DNA of 64,000 nucleotides, from NCBI RefSeq assembly GCF_009914755.1, contig NC_060928.1; one strand, written 5' to 3'. The notes beneath the pieces were generated by a model. That model ran no database searches. It was not told the origin of the DNA and was given only the letters and a program-made list of their open reading frames with translations. Of this stretch, positions 50,298-62,788 are shown piece by piece. This stretch comes from the human T2T-CHM13v2.0 reference genome, Homo sapiens. The translations under genes were made by a program, and so were the position numbers. Numbering within the stretch: the stretch's first letter is position 1; every line of letters begins with the position of its first letter.

Positions 50298-50969
50298 AAA
50301 CACATAACTTTTATACTGTGAGTAAATTTATGATGAAGGCTAGATGAAGAAGTTATAGAATTATAGAAAAATGGTGTGAAAATAATATTAGAGAAACCAA
50401 AATCATTTACCAGCAAAGCTGCTGGTATGATTGTACACATTATAGATAGATAAAAAACTGCTCCTGTTGGTTATGCACAGCACAACCAAGAAGGCTATTC
50501 TAACAGCCACTATTTAAAAGATGATATAATGTGAACAATATCTTTAAATATTCATAGCTAGTCTCCCAACAACACAGCAGGAAAAAAAATCTAAGTTTTA
50601 AAATTTGCTTGTGCACAAGACCTGTCATATAGCATACATCCAGTATATATTTCAGGAATGAATGTATATATGAGTTGATAAATGTATAAACACATACATT
50701 TATTTAAGATTGAGCAGGCAGATTAATGAATTTCAATTATTTGATTGTGTGGCTGGAGTAGTAAACTTTATATTACTCAGTAGGAATTATTACATTGAAG
50801 GGAAGAATTAGAAAGGGTAGGAAATGGCAGCAAATTTAGCCAGGAGAAATTTTTAGAAGGGCCAATTAGTTATGCATCAGAAACCACAGAGATTAAGCAA
50901 AGAAAGACAAAAGGGAGAAATTGGAAATAATTTGCATTCTTGTAACTGCAAAAGGCATAGTGTCAGTAG

Positions 50970-51340
50970 AACAATTTATTTATCAAAACACCTGTCACAC
51001 TCTCTCTGTACTGGGGTGAAGCAAGCAGAGTTTCTGACCTCAGAGAGCTTGTATTTTACTAGAGGAAAATATATGACACACAAATACATTGCATTTGCTA
51101 TACGACTATGAAATAAAATAAAGCAAGTAGAGAGGGATATCAGTGATTATGTTTTTAATAATGTAATCAGTGAAGGCACCTGTAAAGTTATGACATTGGA
51201 ACAAACAACTGACAGACGTAAGGGATGGAGCAATTTGGATATCTGGAGAAAGAGATAAAACTAAATATAAAGGCTCTGAGTTGAGAGCATGCTAGGAATA
51301 ATCAATAAATGAAAAGAGGATAGGTAATGTGGGGTAGAGT
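50970..51340 (-). mobile_element. L2
   Basis: tctgacctcagagagcttgtattttactagagg...cagtgaaggcacctgtaaagttatgacattggaac...aaaggctctgagttgagagcatgctagg. Confidence 0.7.
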
Positions 51341-52114
51341 CCTGTGACAATTAGATTTGTTGTGTCTTTTGTCAGAGCACCTGGGTTCTTAGCAAATAGC
51401 AAAGGCAAATAAAAGTACATTCTCCTACTTGAACTATTAAACAACCCCAGGATAACATTGAAAAGGGCTTATATTCCAGTTTTGGATACTTTTTATGAAC
51501 AACTATGTAACACTCAGACCTACACTTTATAAAATTTGGCATGTGTTTTGAAATGCTATAAAACGTTTAATGTCTCCAATTTTAACTATTTATTTTGCAA
51601 AACTGTTTTAAACTCAAACCTTGTTTTTGCTACATAATCTATTAACATAACATTAAAGTTCTTATGATTTTTTTCATTGAACTTTGAAAAGTTTAAAGTG
51701 TATCTATGGAAGAAACTGTCAAACATGCTCATGAAAACTGAATAGATTTGAGCTTCCAATAGAGATGTGGACTTTGAGGACAGGTAATTTGTACATAGAT
51801 TAAGTAGTTATACATTTTTAAATCTGAAATACTGAGACAAAATAATTTCTGTATACACTGAACTATGATAAGAGATTTAGCTTTAAAAGGCACCTAATCC
51901 AAACAAGCCACTTGACAATGGACAACAGACACAGCAAAATATAGAAATGAGGCCCAAGGGAGGAAAAAATCAAACAAACAGTGGAGTTACGAAAAAAAAA
52001 AAAAACAAAAATCTTAAAGATAAACACAAAGAATAGCACATTATGCTATTCATGTTAAATAATATTGATATTGGATGTTGAAAACATTTTCTAACCCTTT
52101 AGAAGGATCCAGCC

Positions 52115-52292
52115 ATCACACCGGGGCCTGTCGGGGGCTGGGGGCTAGGGGAGGGATAGCATTAGGAGAAATAACTAATGTAGATGACCGGTTGATGGGT
52201 GTGGCAAACCACCATGGAATGTGTATTCCTATTTAACAAACCTGCATGTTCTGCACATGTACCCCAGAACTGAAAGTACAATTAAAAAAAAA
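52115..52292 (+). mobile_element. L1PA6/PA7-like 3' end (5'-truncated)
   Basis: cacaccggggcctgtcgggggctgggggctaggggagggatagcattaggagaaata...gtagatgaccggttgatgggtg...aacaaacctgcatgttctgcacatgtaccccagaact plus A tail. Confidence 0.93.
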
Positions 52293-52530
52293 GTAGCAAT
52301 CCTCCTGAATGTAAGTGGCATTTGCTACCTTGGCATTTTTTTTTTCTCTTTGAAATATATTTTTATTTCAGCTGATTACTTATATGAAATGCTCTGAAAA
52401 AGCATCATAAGTTAATCAAGTCCACTTTATCAAATTTATGGGAACAAATCAAAAATTTATTGATAGATTAACAAAGCAAAAAACAAAACTAGGCAATGTA
52501 ATGAGAATGCTCATGTATTACATATATGAA

Positions 52531-52850
52531 TGCTGTGGTTTGAACGTGTTCCCCAAAGTTTGTGTGTTGGAGACTAAATCCCAAATAAGATTTTGGGAGG
52601 TGGGGCTTAAAATGAGATGAGTGGGACACCAGGGCTCTGCTCTCATTAATGGATTAATATTTTTATCACAGGACTGGGTTTCTTATGGTGGTAGTAGGCT
52701 CATTATGAGTTTGGCTCCCTCTTGCTCTCCTTCTCTTCTACCTTCCATCATGGGATGATGCAGCAAGAAGGCCCTCAACTTGGATTTTCCAGCCTCCAGA
52801 AGCATAAAAAGTAAAATACTTTTCTTTATAAATTATCTCATCTGTGGTAT
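52531..52850 (+). mobile_element. MSTD/MSTC-like MaLR LTR
   Basis: tgctgtggtttgaacgtgttccccaaag...gggctctgctctcattaatggattaat...gatgatgcagcaagaaggccctc...ttccagcctccagaa. Confidence 0.85.
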
Positions 52851-53409
52851 GATATGAAGATTATCATTTGAATTATAAATCTCATACAAAAATCTTTCAC
52901 TGGATTTCTTTAAAAAATACCTAATTGCAGCATACATTTTTATAAACACACAAAAAAAATCTCATGGACATATTGAGAGTTCCTATATGTGAATTTTGAT
53001 GTGTGAAGAGCTGTGAAGCTAACACTTTGTTGTAAGAAAAAAGCTGGGGGAATTCTCTTGAAGCTGCATTTGAATATCATGCACAACATTTCTACATAGA
53101 TTAATTTAATTGAGTTTGGGAGTGGATGGATGACAGGGATGTGAAAAGACTAAATTTCTGCCCCTGGAGCTACCCTTTGGCAGTGGCACTTTGCTAGACA
53201 CATAAATCAGATGGTACTATGTGGACTGCATTTACAGTAAAGAGATGATTTTTTTAAATGGTAGCTTCCACCCTCTAGAAACTGAGCAACTTTGGGTGAG
53301 GTAAGGAATCTCAAAATTACAAAAATTACTAAGTGCAAAAATGTACAAAGGATAAGAGCTCCAAGTCAAACGGTCCTGGGTTACCAGGCAAGCCTGTATT
53401 TTTAATATA

Positions 53410-54340
53410 TTTTCTGATTTTTTTTCTCTGTTACTCATTCCTTTGTTTCTCTTTGCTTACCTTCTGTAGCTATTTGAACTTCTTTAGGATTGCATCCTGA
53501 TTTTTATAGTGTTTTTTAGTATAATTATTTGGATAATTTTCTTAGTAGTTGCTTTGGGTATTAAAATATTCACATGTAACTCATCACTGTCTGCTGGTAT
53601 TGAAATTTTGCCACTTCAGATAAGTGTAGAAACCTTACTTCCACTTAGGCCCCGTTATCTTCTCCACTTCTAAAATATAATTGTCTTAAGTATTTTTTCT
53701 ACATATATTTAGCACTGTATTAGACAAAGTTGTAATATTTGCCTTTACCTTCTAATATGGCTTAGGAAACTCATGAGAAGTAAAAATTGTTTATTATAAG
53801 TACCTTTATATTCACTCATTCTGACGGTCTTTTTGTTTCCTGAAATTCCAAGCATTCTTCTGTTATCATTTCCTTTCTCTTTATTTTAGCCATTCTTACA
53901 GTCTGATTTGTTAATAACAAATAAAATTATTTTTGTTTTTCTTCATCTGACAATGGCTATATTTTACTTTCATTTTATTTTATTTTTTTTAAGATTGGGT
54001 CTCACTATGTTGCACAGGCTGGACTCAGACTACTGGGCTCAAATGATCAGCCTTCTCAGTAGCTGGGACTACAAGTGTGCACCACCATGCCCAACTACCT
54101 TCATCTTGAAAAATATTTTCACTGGATATTATAAAACCTGCAGTTGACAATTATTTTCTTCTACTTCTTGAAAACTATTGTGCTACTTCCCTCTGGCCTA
54201 TAATGATTTCAGATGAGAAAACTGCAGCTATTCAAACTGATGTTTCTCTGTAAGTAATGTGTTGTTTCCCTGGGGATGCTTTCAGATTTTTGTCTTCAAA
54301 TTTCAGAAGTTCAGTTATGATATTTTTTGTTGTATATTTC
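53410..54340 (-). mobile_element. Old L1M (MC/MD-type) fragment
   Basis: tttcttagtagttgctttgggtatta...agtgtagaaaccttacttcc...aaaatattttcactggatat...gatttcagatgagaaaactgc...tttcagaagttcagttatgat. Confidence 0.75.
53972..54096 (-). mobile_element. FLAM/FAM Alu monomer
   Basis: gggtctcactatgttgcacaggctggactcagactactgggctcaaatgatc...gtagctgggactacaagtgtgcaccaccatgccc; TSD actttcatttt/accttcatctt. Confidence 0.85.
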
Positions 54341-54379
54341 ATTTGTAGAGACTAGTTAGAAAGAGCTTAATTAACTACA

Positions 54380-54775
54380 CTTTAAACAAGTTAAGCTTGA
54401 CTGCTTTGAGGTATATATGTAGAGCATTCCCAACAGAAAAAAGAAGTTGAACATGAACTTGAAGATCGGAAGAGAAATGTAGACTGTCATCAGCAACTAT
54501 TTTGAAGTTAAGATCATGTATATGGATAAGATAGTAACAAGAATGCCTACCAGAAAAGCAAAAACAAACAAACAAACAAACAAACAAAAATCAAATCAAG
54601 ACAGAATGAAGAAAAAAATGCCAAGAATCTATATTGGGCAGATGCAGAAGAAAAACTCAGCCAAAATAACTGTGAAGAACAACTTAGAAAATTAGAGAAC
54701 TATGTGAGTGATATTAAGGACCACAAAAGGGAAAAATGTGCACATTAGAAAAATGGTTGAGGGTGTTAAATGCTA
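54380..54775 (-). mobile_element. L2 fragment containing (CAAA)n at about 54560-54589
   Basis: gtcatcagcaactattttgaag...gcagaagaaaaactcagccaaa...gtgttaaatgctacgg. Confidence 0.55.
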
Positions 54776-54809
54776 CGGTGCTTTTCATTCTTGTTGCTTG
54801 AAGAGTGAT

Positions 54810-55055
54810 TCAAGGACTGGCATCAGCATCATCACCTCAGAACTCATCTAAGATGTAGAACCAGAGGCCCCACTCCTGAACTACTACTGAATTAGAAGCT
54901 TCATTTCTTTTAAACTTCTCCATGTCTACAGATCACCTAGGGATCTTGTTGAGATGTAGGCTCAGTAGGTCAGTGGAGACATCTAACATTCTTCATTTTT
55001 AACACATCCTTAGGAGAAGCCTCTCCTGCCAGTTCATGGGCCACATTTCAAGCGT
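54810..55055. mobile_element. MER5-type (hAT-Charlie) fragments
   Basis: gcatcagcatcatcacctcagaactc...gaggccccactcctgaactactactgaattagaa and gatcacctagggatcttgttgagatgtag...ttttaacacatcc. Confidence 0.6.
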
Positions 55056-55569
55056 CAACCCTCAAGGTGGCAGGAGGCCACTAATAGCTGATAGCAAATT
55101 GGACAGTAGCTGGAGTTCAAAAATTCACCCTTTGTTTTTTCTTAAAACATTTTTGTTTTGTTTTGATATTTTTTGAAATATGCCATATATATTGTTAAAT
55201 ATTTGTTAAAGGCAAAAGGAGAAGGCACAATTTCAGAGTTTTTCTCTAGTCAGATGAATTGAAAAGGACAGCTAATAATTAACTAAAACACATTTGAATA
55301 TGCATATTCACGTATGGTTTAGCAGGGGTTTGAGTGATTGCTACAATGACAGCCATATCACTAATAATCCAATTAAATGTTTTTCAGAATAAAGGCAACG
55401 TACTACTAGTTTTGTCATTGTGGTACATAATTATATACATACTTCTCGTTTTAATCATTATTTAGAAGTACTCAACTTACAGTCTAAGAACTAATATTAT
55501 TTGTAAAATTGCCATAGAAAAGATTGCACTTAATATATAAACTTGTGCTTATTTTGGAGACTATTCTCT

Positions 55570-56045
55570 AGAGAAGTGATACTTTAAATTTAATGTACAT
55601 ATAAACAATGTGGAGAGCTTGCCCAAATGAAGATTCAGATTTGGTGGGTCAAGGTAAGACCTGAGATTCTGCATTTCTGTATGCTCTCAGGAAACATTCA
55701 GCCCCAGCTTTCTCTATTTTCTTCTTCTGGATATATAACCCAGATGCTCTTTTTATACATTTTTGAATTTTCTTGATTTGAACATGGACTTCCTATATTG
55801 GCCTATTCTTCCTTTATCAAGATAATAATTCTTCACTCATGGGATTTACACTATACCTGGCTTCTTCTGAAAAGCCTCCCTTGATACCTATATCTCCTTT
55901 AATCAAAGTGTACTGCACAGGTAAGTAGTGTTGGCATCAACTAGAGACTTGTTAGAAATCTAAAATCTTGAGTACTACTTATGCTGTGACAGAAGCTGCA
56001 TTTATTTCAAATTCAGGTGATTTTTAGACCCTATAAAGTTTGATC
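55570..56045. mobile_element. MER5-type fragments flanking an L2-like segment
   Basis: gattcagatttggtgggtc...cctgagattctgcatttct; ggcatcaactagagacttgttagaaat...caggtgattttt. Confidence 0.5.
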
Positions 56046-56119
56046 ATGATGGCCTTAAATTATGGCCTGGGTCCTCTTCTTATATGCTGTCATGTCACCC
56101 TATACTGTTACCCACTTTT

Positions 56120-56245
56120 CCAGTAAATTGAAAGTTTCATAAAAGCAGGGATAAAATCTGTTTCATATCAGCAACTATGCTTAGTGCCTAGCACGGTAGC
56201 ACACACTTAATACATTTTTGTTGAATAAATGTTTGAGTAAATGAG
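56120..56245 (+). mobile_element. L2 3' terminus
   Basis: cttagtgcctagcacggtagcacac...cttaatacatttttgttgaataaatg. Confidence 0.7.
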
Positions 56246-57164
56246 CAGAAATAGAATAGTTTGAGCTTTAAAAACAATTGAAAGCTTCTTTTTTCTGGTA
56301 TTTTACTTTTATTATTCATGAGACAAAATGTCATGGATAAACAAGGAGAAGCATATTTCTGATAAATTTAATTACATGTAATATATCAGTATCATGTTTT
56401 TGAATTACTGCATATTCTATGTAGGCTTGCATTTTATTACATTCATGAAATATTAAGTCAAAAGAAAAGCAAAATTAAAATTTTAGAAAGATTGCATTTC
56501 TATGTATGTGCAGCTAAAATAATGCTTGTTCACTGTGTTGTGAGTTTGTCACTGCTGTGGATTTCAAATTTAAGGTGCAATTTAATTTTAAACTTCTGTT
56601 GCACTAACCATATATTGACAAGTCATATCTTTCTCTCTGTGCTTCATTTCACCCACTCATGTTTAAATTCTTGAAAAATGGAGTCTTGGATTTATTAATC
56701 TTCCACTCTTGTTACTTCCAGTCCTCTCACTGTAATCTCAACCCTCATTAGCTTTCATGGTCTATTAGAATCACTGCTTATCTACAGTCTCTGTATAGAC
56801 TGTCACTCTGCTCCTGCAATCAGAGTAAGTTTTATAAAGGAGCCAATGGATCGCCCTTTTTTCCTGCAAAATATTTTAAATAGATACCTGCAAGATATTT
56901 TGAACAGTAGAATAGTATACACAGACTATTCTACATGCCTTATTCTTGTTAATTTTTAGAAATATTCTTCATTTGGAAAATCATTAAAATTTGCACAGAA
57001 GACTGTTAATATCAGTTTCCTCACATGGAAGTAAATGAAAGAGGTGAATGTAGGCCAAGATAATTAGTGTGTTTTTTTTTTTGCATTGTTTCACTTGTTA
57101 CAAGGGGAATGCATTACTTTTGTAATGAAATTATAAAGGTATTAAAATAACTTTGTTAAACCTG

Positions 57165-57672
57165 TTGACTATTCTGAGTTACCTATTGCCTTAATAATGC
57201 TACAAACAACCACTAAACTTCAGTAAAACTATAATAATGAACTGTTACTGAGCTCGTGAGACTTTAACCCAGTGAATGAGCAAGTCGAGGGAGTTATTCT
57301 TGTCTTGCCTGGGCTACCTCACATGTTTTGGAATCAGCCATGGGTTGGCTAATTCAGGATCGACTCAGCTGAGATGATAAAAAGGGCTCATCTCTGGTCC
57401 ATGTCTTGCATTTCAGCAGAATAGTCCAAATTAGTCTGCTCTCCTAACAAAGTCTGAGGAGTAAGATTGCAAGCAGAAAAAGACAAGTCACTTTTCTTGC
57501 CTCTGCTTATTCATATTTCCTAACATCTTATTGGCCAGTGAAGTAAGAAGACTGAGCCAGAGTCAAGGAATGGGGCAGAACTTCTCATTCAGAGTTGCAA
57601 AATTCCATAGCAAAGTGAGCCAATGCAGAAAAGAGAGATAAACTAACTTGTAATATTTAACTATGTTCTACA
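57165..57672 (-). mobile_element. MLT1H/G-like MaLR LTR
   Basis: gagttacctattgccttaataatgct...gcctgggctacctcacatgttttggaatcagc...taacatcttattggccagtgaag...gagccagagtcaagg. Confidence 0.7.
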
Positions 57673-57745
57673 TTGTCACTTCTTTGGTTGATCTATATAA
57701 CTGACAAACATTTATTTACTTGTGAAGCAATTGACTCTAAATTGG

Positions 57746-57873
57746 TCATATATGTGTATATATATATGTGTATGTATGTATATATATGTTATATGTCATA
57801 TATACATATGTCATATATGTGTCATATATACATATATGTCATATATATGTCATATATAACATATATGTGTATA

Positions 57874-57905
<32 letters not shown>
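57746..57905. repeat. Compound TA-rich repeat: (atatatgtc)-like units, (TG)n, (TA)n
   Basis: atatgtcatatacatatgtcatatatgtgtcatatatacatatatgtcatatatatgtcat...gtgtgtgtgtatatatatat. Confidence 0.9.
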
Positions 57906-57906
<1 letters not shown>

Positions 57907-57914
57907 AAATCTGA

Positions 57915-58310
57915 CTAGGGTAATGGAATAGCAAAGGGAGGAGCTGGTGAGGACAAGATTTTTCAGGGAGAGACATATGAAGGCGCTCTATGGTAAAGGA
58001 GTAAGTAGAGTAAGGCAATACAAAGGTTTAGGGAAAGTGTCTTCCAGTCAGAGGGAAGAACTGTGTGAAGCTTCTAGGGTAGGGACAAACATGTTAGTAT
58101 TTTCCAGTCTTAGCATGTCAGCCTGCCTGTAGTGCAATAAGTGAGGAAGGCAGTGGGAGGAGAGGAGGCCAGAGGGCTGTGGAGGTCACATCATCCGGGT
58201 GCTTGACCCCTGGGTGAAGAGTATGAACTTATCTGACGTGAGTTAAGAAGTAATTTGAACATTGAAAGTAAGCCAAATTCATTGCCTAATTTAAATTTTT
58301 ATAACTCTAG
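57915..58310 (-). mobile_element. L2a
   Basis: aagtgtcttccagtcagagggaagaactgtgtgaagc...gagaggaggccagagggctgtggagg...gaagagtatgaacttatctga. Confidence 0.7.
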
Positions 58311-59689
58311 GACTGCACAGAATTTATTTCTCTCCATATATATATATATCATATATTTCACATAGGAGAAAACTTCATTTTACATACGAGAAGACTGAGG
58401 CAGAAATATGTTACAATAATTACTTTATTAGTACAGTTCTCACTGTCTATCTTGGATTAATAACTAATGTGATGATGTTGAAAATGCCAGACATAAGTTT
58501 TAAAATAGTAACTAAAATATATTTAATGATCCATAAAGAATACTATTATTGGATTGAATACAGGTTAGATAAAATTTTTACAATAATATATAGGACCATA
58601 TATCTGGGAGTCACAACACTACAACTCATGAATTCAGTGTTTGTTTAATCAAAATGGACTGAACATAAAGAGTTCACTGTGTATTACACTGCAGTTGACA
58701 AGACATACAAGATACTTTCACAATTTCTATATGTGGACAGGTTTCCCTGGCAGAAATATAAACTAGGTGTTCTCTAAAGATAGTGACAAAGATTAAGTGA
58801 TTTGACAGTGGAGGCAAAGGAAACATAAATTCTTTTGAAAGACTTGCAAATCTGATATTTTCTTTTCTTTGAGACGGAGAGAATGTTTTAAATAATCCAA
58901 CTTCATGTGATAATAAAGAGGTAGAGGCATAAGTGGCAAAAAATAAATTATTATAATTGGGAAGAAAAGGTGGCCATGGAACATTCTACCTCCTATAAAA
59001 GACTATAAAATTTACAGATAGATTAAATTCTGGTAAATAATATGATCAACCTTTCCGCCTTTATGGAAGAAACTGAAACAATCCAGATTAGTTAACAAGA
59101 TGCAATTCCTCCAGTCAGCACTAATGACTCTATGCTTCTGGCTCTATGCCAATCTTTACATTAGGAAAAATTGCCCACAGATGTTTTAGTAAATTTATAA
59201 CCTTGCATAGACCTTGGACAGTAAATTCTTTATCTGATATTAAATATCATGATGTTTTTACTTTGACACTATATAACTAAGGCTTTATATCCTTGTAGCT
59301 CCATTTCTTCACTTTGAAATACAATGTGTATTTAAATTCTTAATAAACCATGAATTTGATAAGACCCTTTCACTCCTTATCATGTCTAGTCTAATGGGAT
59401 GCAGCATGGCCTACACAATGCTGAGAATCAGGAACTACTTCCAAAACTTCATTTTTTTCAAACAAAACTTTCAGAGTTTTTTCTATATATAAACCCAACA
59501 GTTGTATTAAACCTAGTTGTTTAAAGGAAAAAGCATCTCGTCTCTCAGGTTCTGTGTACTCAGACTGGATTCAGCTCCATGGTCCCTCTGCTATGGACAC
59601 TTCACTTGTAGTATCTTGTTGACAGCCAGTTGTTGGTAAAGCCAGCTACAGAATTTGCATGGCTGGTGTAGTAAAAATGCAGGCTAGCT

Positions 59690-60200
59690 GGATTAAAAAT
59701 CATTGAAAATGTCTTGGCAGCAACAGCAGAACATTGAACCAGGTACAAGACTGATCTAAGTTCAGGACCCTTCTAAGCATGAGGCCTTTGTATGACTGCA
59801 CACTCATGTGCCCCTAGAGCAGGCCCTGGGTGTTGGCAAGAGTGGGAGTCCTTGTTCAGTTGACTTGGATGATGGTACAGCTGGACTTCACTCATTCTGG
59901 CTAAGAGTAGTCTTAGAGCATCTCCTTTCATATGACCTCTACACATGGTCTTTCCACGTGGTCTTTCCAGCAAAGTAAAAAGACTTATTAGATGGCAGCT
60001 CAGGGCTTTCAATAATAAACATACAAAGGGAGAGAAAGGAACATTACTCGGTTTCTGGAAAGCTAGTGCCAGACTTGTCATAGTCACTATGTTCAGTAGG
60101 TTAATGCAGTCATAAGTCACCCTAAATTGGATCAAGGACATGTACACTGGGAAGCATGGCTTCTTAGGGGTCATATCTAGGAGAGCAGCTGTCATGCTGA
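59690..60200 (-). mobile_element. MLT1-type MaLR LTR
   Basis: ctggacttcactcattctggc...ccacgtggtctttccagcaaagt...atggcagctcagggc...cagtcataagtcaccc. Confidence 0.6.
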
Positions 60201-60307
60201 CCATTTACTAACTCAAGAATTAAGCCGTGATGTTTTTCAGGTCTATGTGCAAACATTACCTGCCTTGAAATGTAGTCCTTGGTCACCCTAAATAAAATGA
60301 TCTTCCC

Positions 60308-60396
60308 CCGGGAGGCGGAGCTTGCAGTGAGCCGAGATCCCGCCACTGCACTCCAGCCTGGGCGACAGAGCGAGACTCCGTCTCAAAAAAAAAAAA
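60308..60396 (+). mobile_element. 5'-truncated AluYa5-type insertion, no visible divergence
   Basis: ccgggaggcggagcttgcagtgagccgagatCccgccactgcactccagcctgggcgacagagcgagactccgtctc plus A tail; Y-type gagcttg, Ya5-type gagatccc, all CpGs intact; perfect TSD aaaatgatcttccc (60294-60307, 60397-60410). Confidence 0.95.
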
Positions 60397-60410
60397 AAAA
60401 TGATCTTCCC

Positions 60411-60562
60411 ATCTCCTCATGTTGACTTTATTATCATCTACTGTCCCACTAGAATATTTTCTCATGAGAGTAGGGAATTTGTCTTGTCTGCTGCTGCATA
60501 CTCAGTGTTGAGAAGCATTCTTTACAAAAACTAAGTAATTAATATTTGTTAAATAAATGAAT
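60411..60562 (+). mobile_element. L2 3' end (host of the AluYa5)
   Basis: ccactagaatattttctcatgagagtagggaatttgtcttgtc...aatatttgttaaataaatgaa. Confidence 0.65.
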
Positions 60563-60686
60563 TAGTAAATCTTACATACCACAAGAGATATGTATATATG
60601 CATATCTATCTAGTATTAATCTATCAATCTATCTAGTGTATAGCTCCCCTTTAAAAAAAAAATAGAAAGAATAATTTTGGTTTCAG

Positions 60687-60847
60687 GGCCAGGCTAGGTG
60701 GTATACGCCTGTAGTCTCAGCCACTCAGCACATTGAGGTTGGAGGGTAGTTTGAGCCCACAAGTTCAAGGCTGCAGTGAGCTATGATCATACAGCTAACT
60801 GCAGCCTGGGTGACAGAGCAAGACCCTGTCTCTATAATAATAATAAT
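60687..60847 (+). mobile_element. FRAM/FAM Alu monomer with (TAA)n tail
   Basis: ggccaggctaggtggtatacgcctgtagtctcagc...gttcaaggctgcagtgagctatgatc...gcaagaccctgtctc; 16-bp TSD aataatttt(g/c)gtttca. Confidence 0.9.
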
Positions 60848-61428
60848 AATAATTTTCGTTTCATTAGAGTAGCTTTGCTGGTCTGGAAGGCAAGAATACA
60901 TTCAAGAAAATTTTTCAATTTGGTGACAGAACATGATTTTGCATACCAGATAGGCCTGTGCAGTGGTTTATAGTCTGGGAGCTATATCAGTCATGTGTCG
61001 TAAAGATAACTTTCTGATTCAGTTTATTATCATCCATATAAACAAGTTTGTCTTGCTTTTACATAACAATACTTTTCATTATATGCTGAAAAGTCTTGGT
61101 TTTTCTGTGTATTTCTTTGTAATTGTCATATGATTTTCTCTAAATGCAAGAAAGATACCAAGAAACAGAGTTAAAGAGAACAAGTGTGTTTGATGAGAAG
61201 AAGAGATGGGAGAAATTGACTGCATAACGATGGTTACTCAAAGCAATATATTTATATATTTGTATATATATGACTGTTTGTGTTTGTGTGTCTATGTGTC
61301 TCTGTAATAAGCATACATTTACATATGTATTTGTGTGCGAATATGTGTGCGTGTATATATACTCACCAATTCACTTATACATATATATACACACACATAT
61401 GTACTTTTCCTATTCTGCAGGCTAGTGG

Positions 61429-61461
61429 TTATGAACAAATAAGGGCTTATGAACAAATAAG
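61429..61461. repeat. 18-bp-period tandem duplication of ttatgaacaaataag
   Basis: ttatgaacaaataag ggc ttatgaacaaataag. Confidence 0.8.
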
Positions 61462-62402
61462 TTTATGTATAAAAACATTTAAAAATCAAGTTAAAGCAGA
61501 AGAGAGCATTGCCCTGCCTATACCCCAGAAAGAATGAATAAGTAGAAAAATTATAGAGATAAGGCAAAGAGCTCACATGAGCACATCTATGCAGTTAGCC
61601 TATATGCATCTATCCTAAAGATATCTAGAGATACAACTGTGTCCCTGAACCCAGCATTACTCAGGGATATAAATTTCCTAAGAGTCAAAGCTTTATTGAC
61701 ATGTAGCATTTGGCTCTTTGCATTCACTTATTTACTCGGTCTAACTCATAGGCTAATTCTTGAATAAATAAGCAAGAAGCTGTTTTCAGTTAGCCTGTAC
61801 CAAGTTATCTACCATACTGTCTTTGAATGAAAGTAGTTTTGAATATTGTGATGCAGATCCTGAAACAGGTTGATATTTTTAAAATGACTTGAGTATAAAT
61901 ATTTCCTGAAGGATAACAGCAAGTAGTAATATCCTATTCATTATATTATATTCTAAATAAAATTTACATCAAAATATATAAAATTTCCCTTTCCCTCAAA
62001 AACTATTGTTTGAACTCTCCCAAATTCATCTAACACAAGCCCAAATCTTGTAACAAAATTAAATGTGGATGTACAAACATACAAATATACACATACTTAC
62101 ATATATCATGCATAAAAGCTATGTATACGTTTGTATATGTCAGCAAGACTTTACTGTAATTCATAATTTTATATTAAAATTATAGTCCTTAATATTCCCT
62201 GATTTAAGTTTACTGAAGTCCATATTAGTCATCTTTCTCATAGCATATTTTGAAAGCTACATGTTCTATAATGAAGGACAATGCCAGGGCAAGACTGGGG
62301 TGAACACTTGAGTCTTATTAATCAAAGATTAAGGAAGACGTGTTTTAAATTTATTTGAACACCCTTGAACTATTAATTCTGAGACATACAGAGGTATTTT
62401 CC

Positions 62403-62788
<386 letters not shown>

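Noticed and set aside
55910-55926. Perfect donor CAG|GTAAGT
   Set aside because: Sits in decayed MER5/L2 sequence without a convincing paired acceptor; expected by chance in 64 kb.
59773-60204. 143-aa minus-strand ORF
   Set aside because: Lies within an MLT1-type LTR and has no protein-like features.
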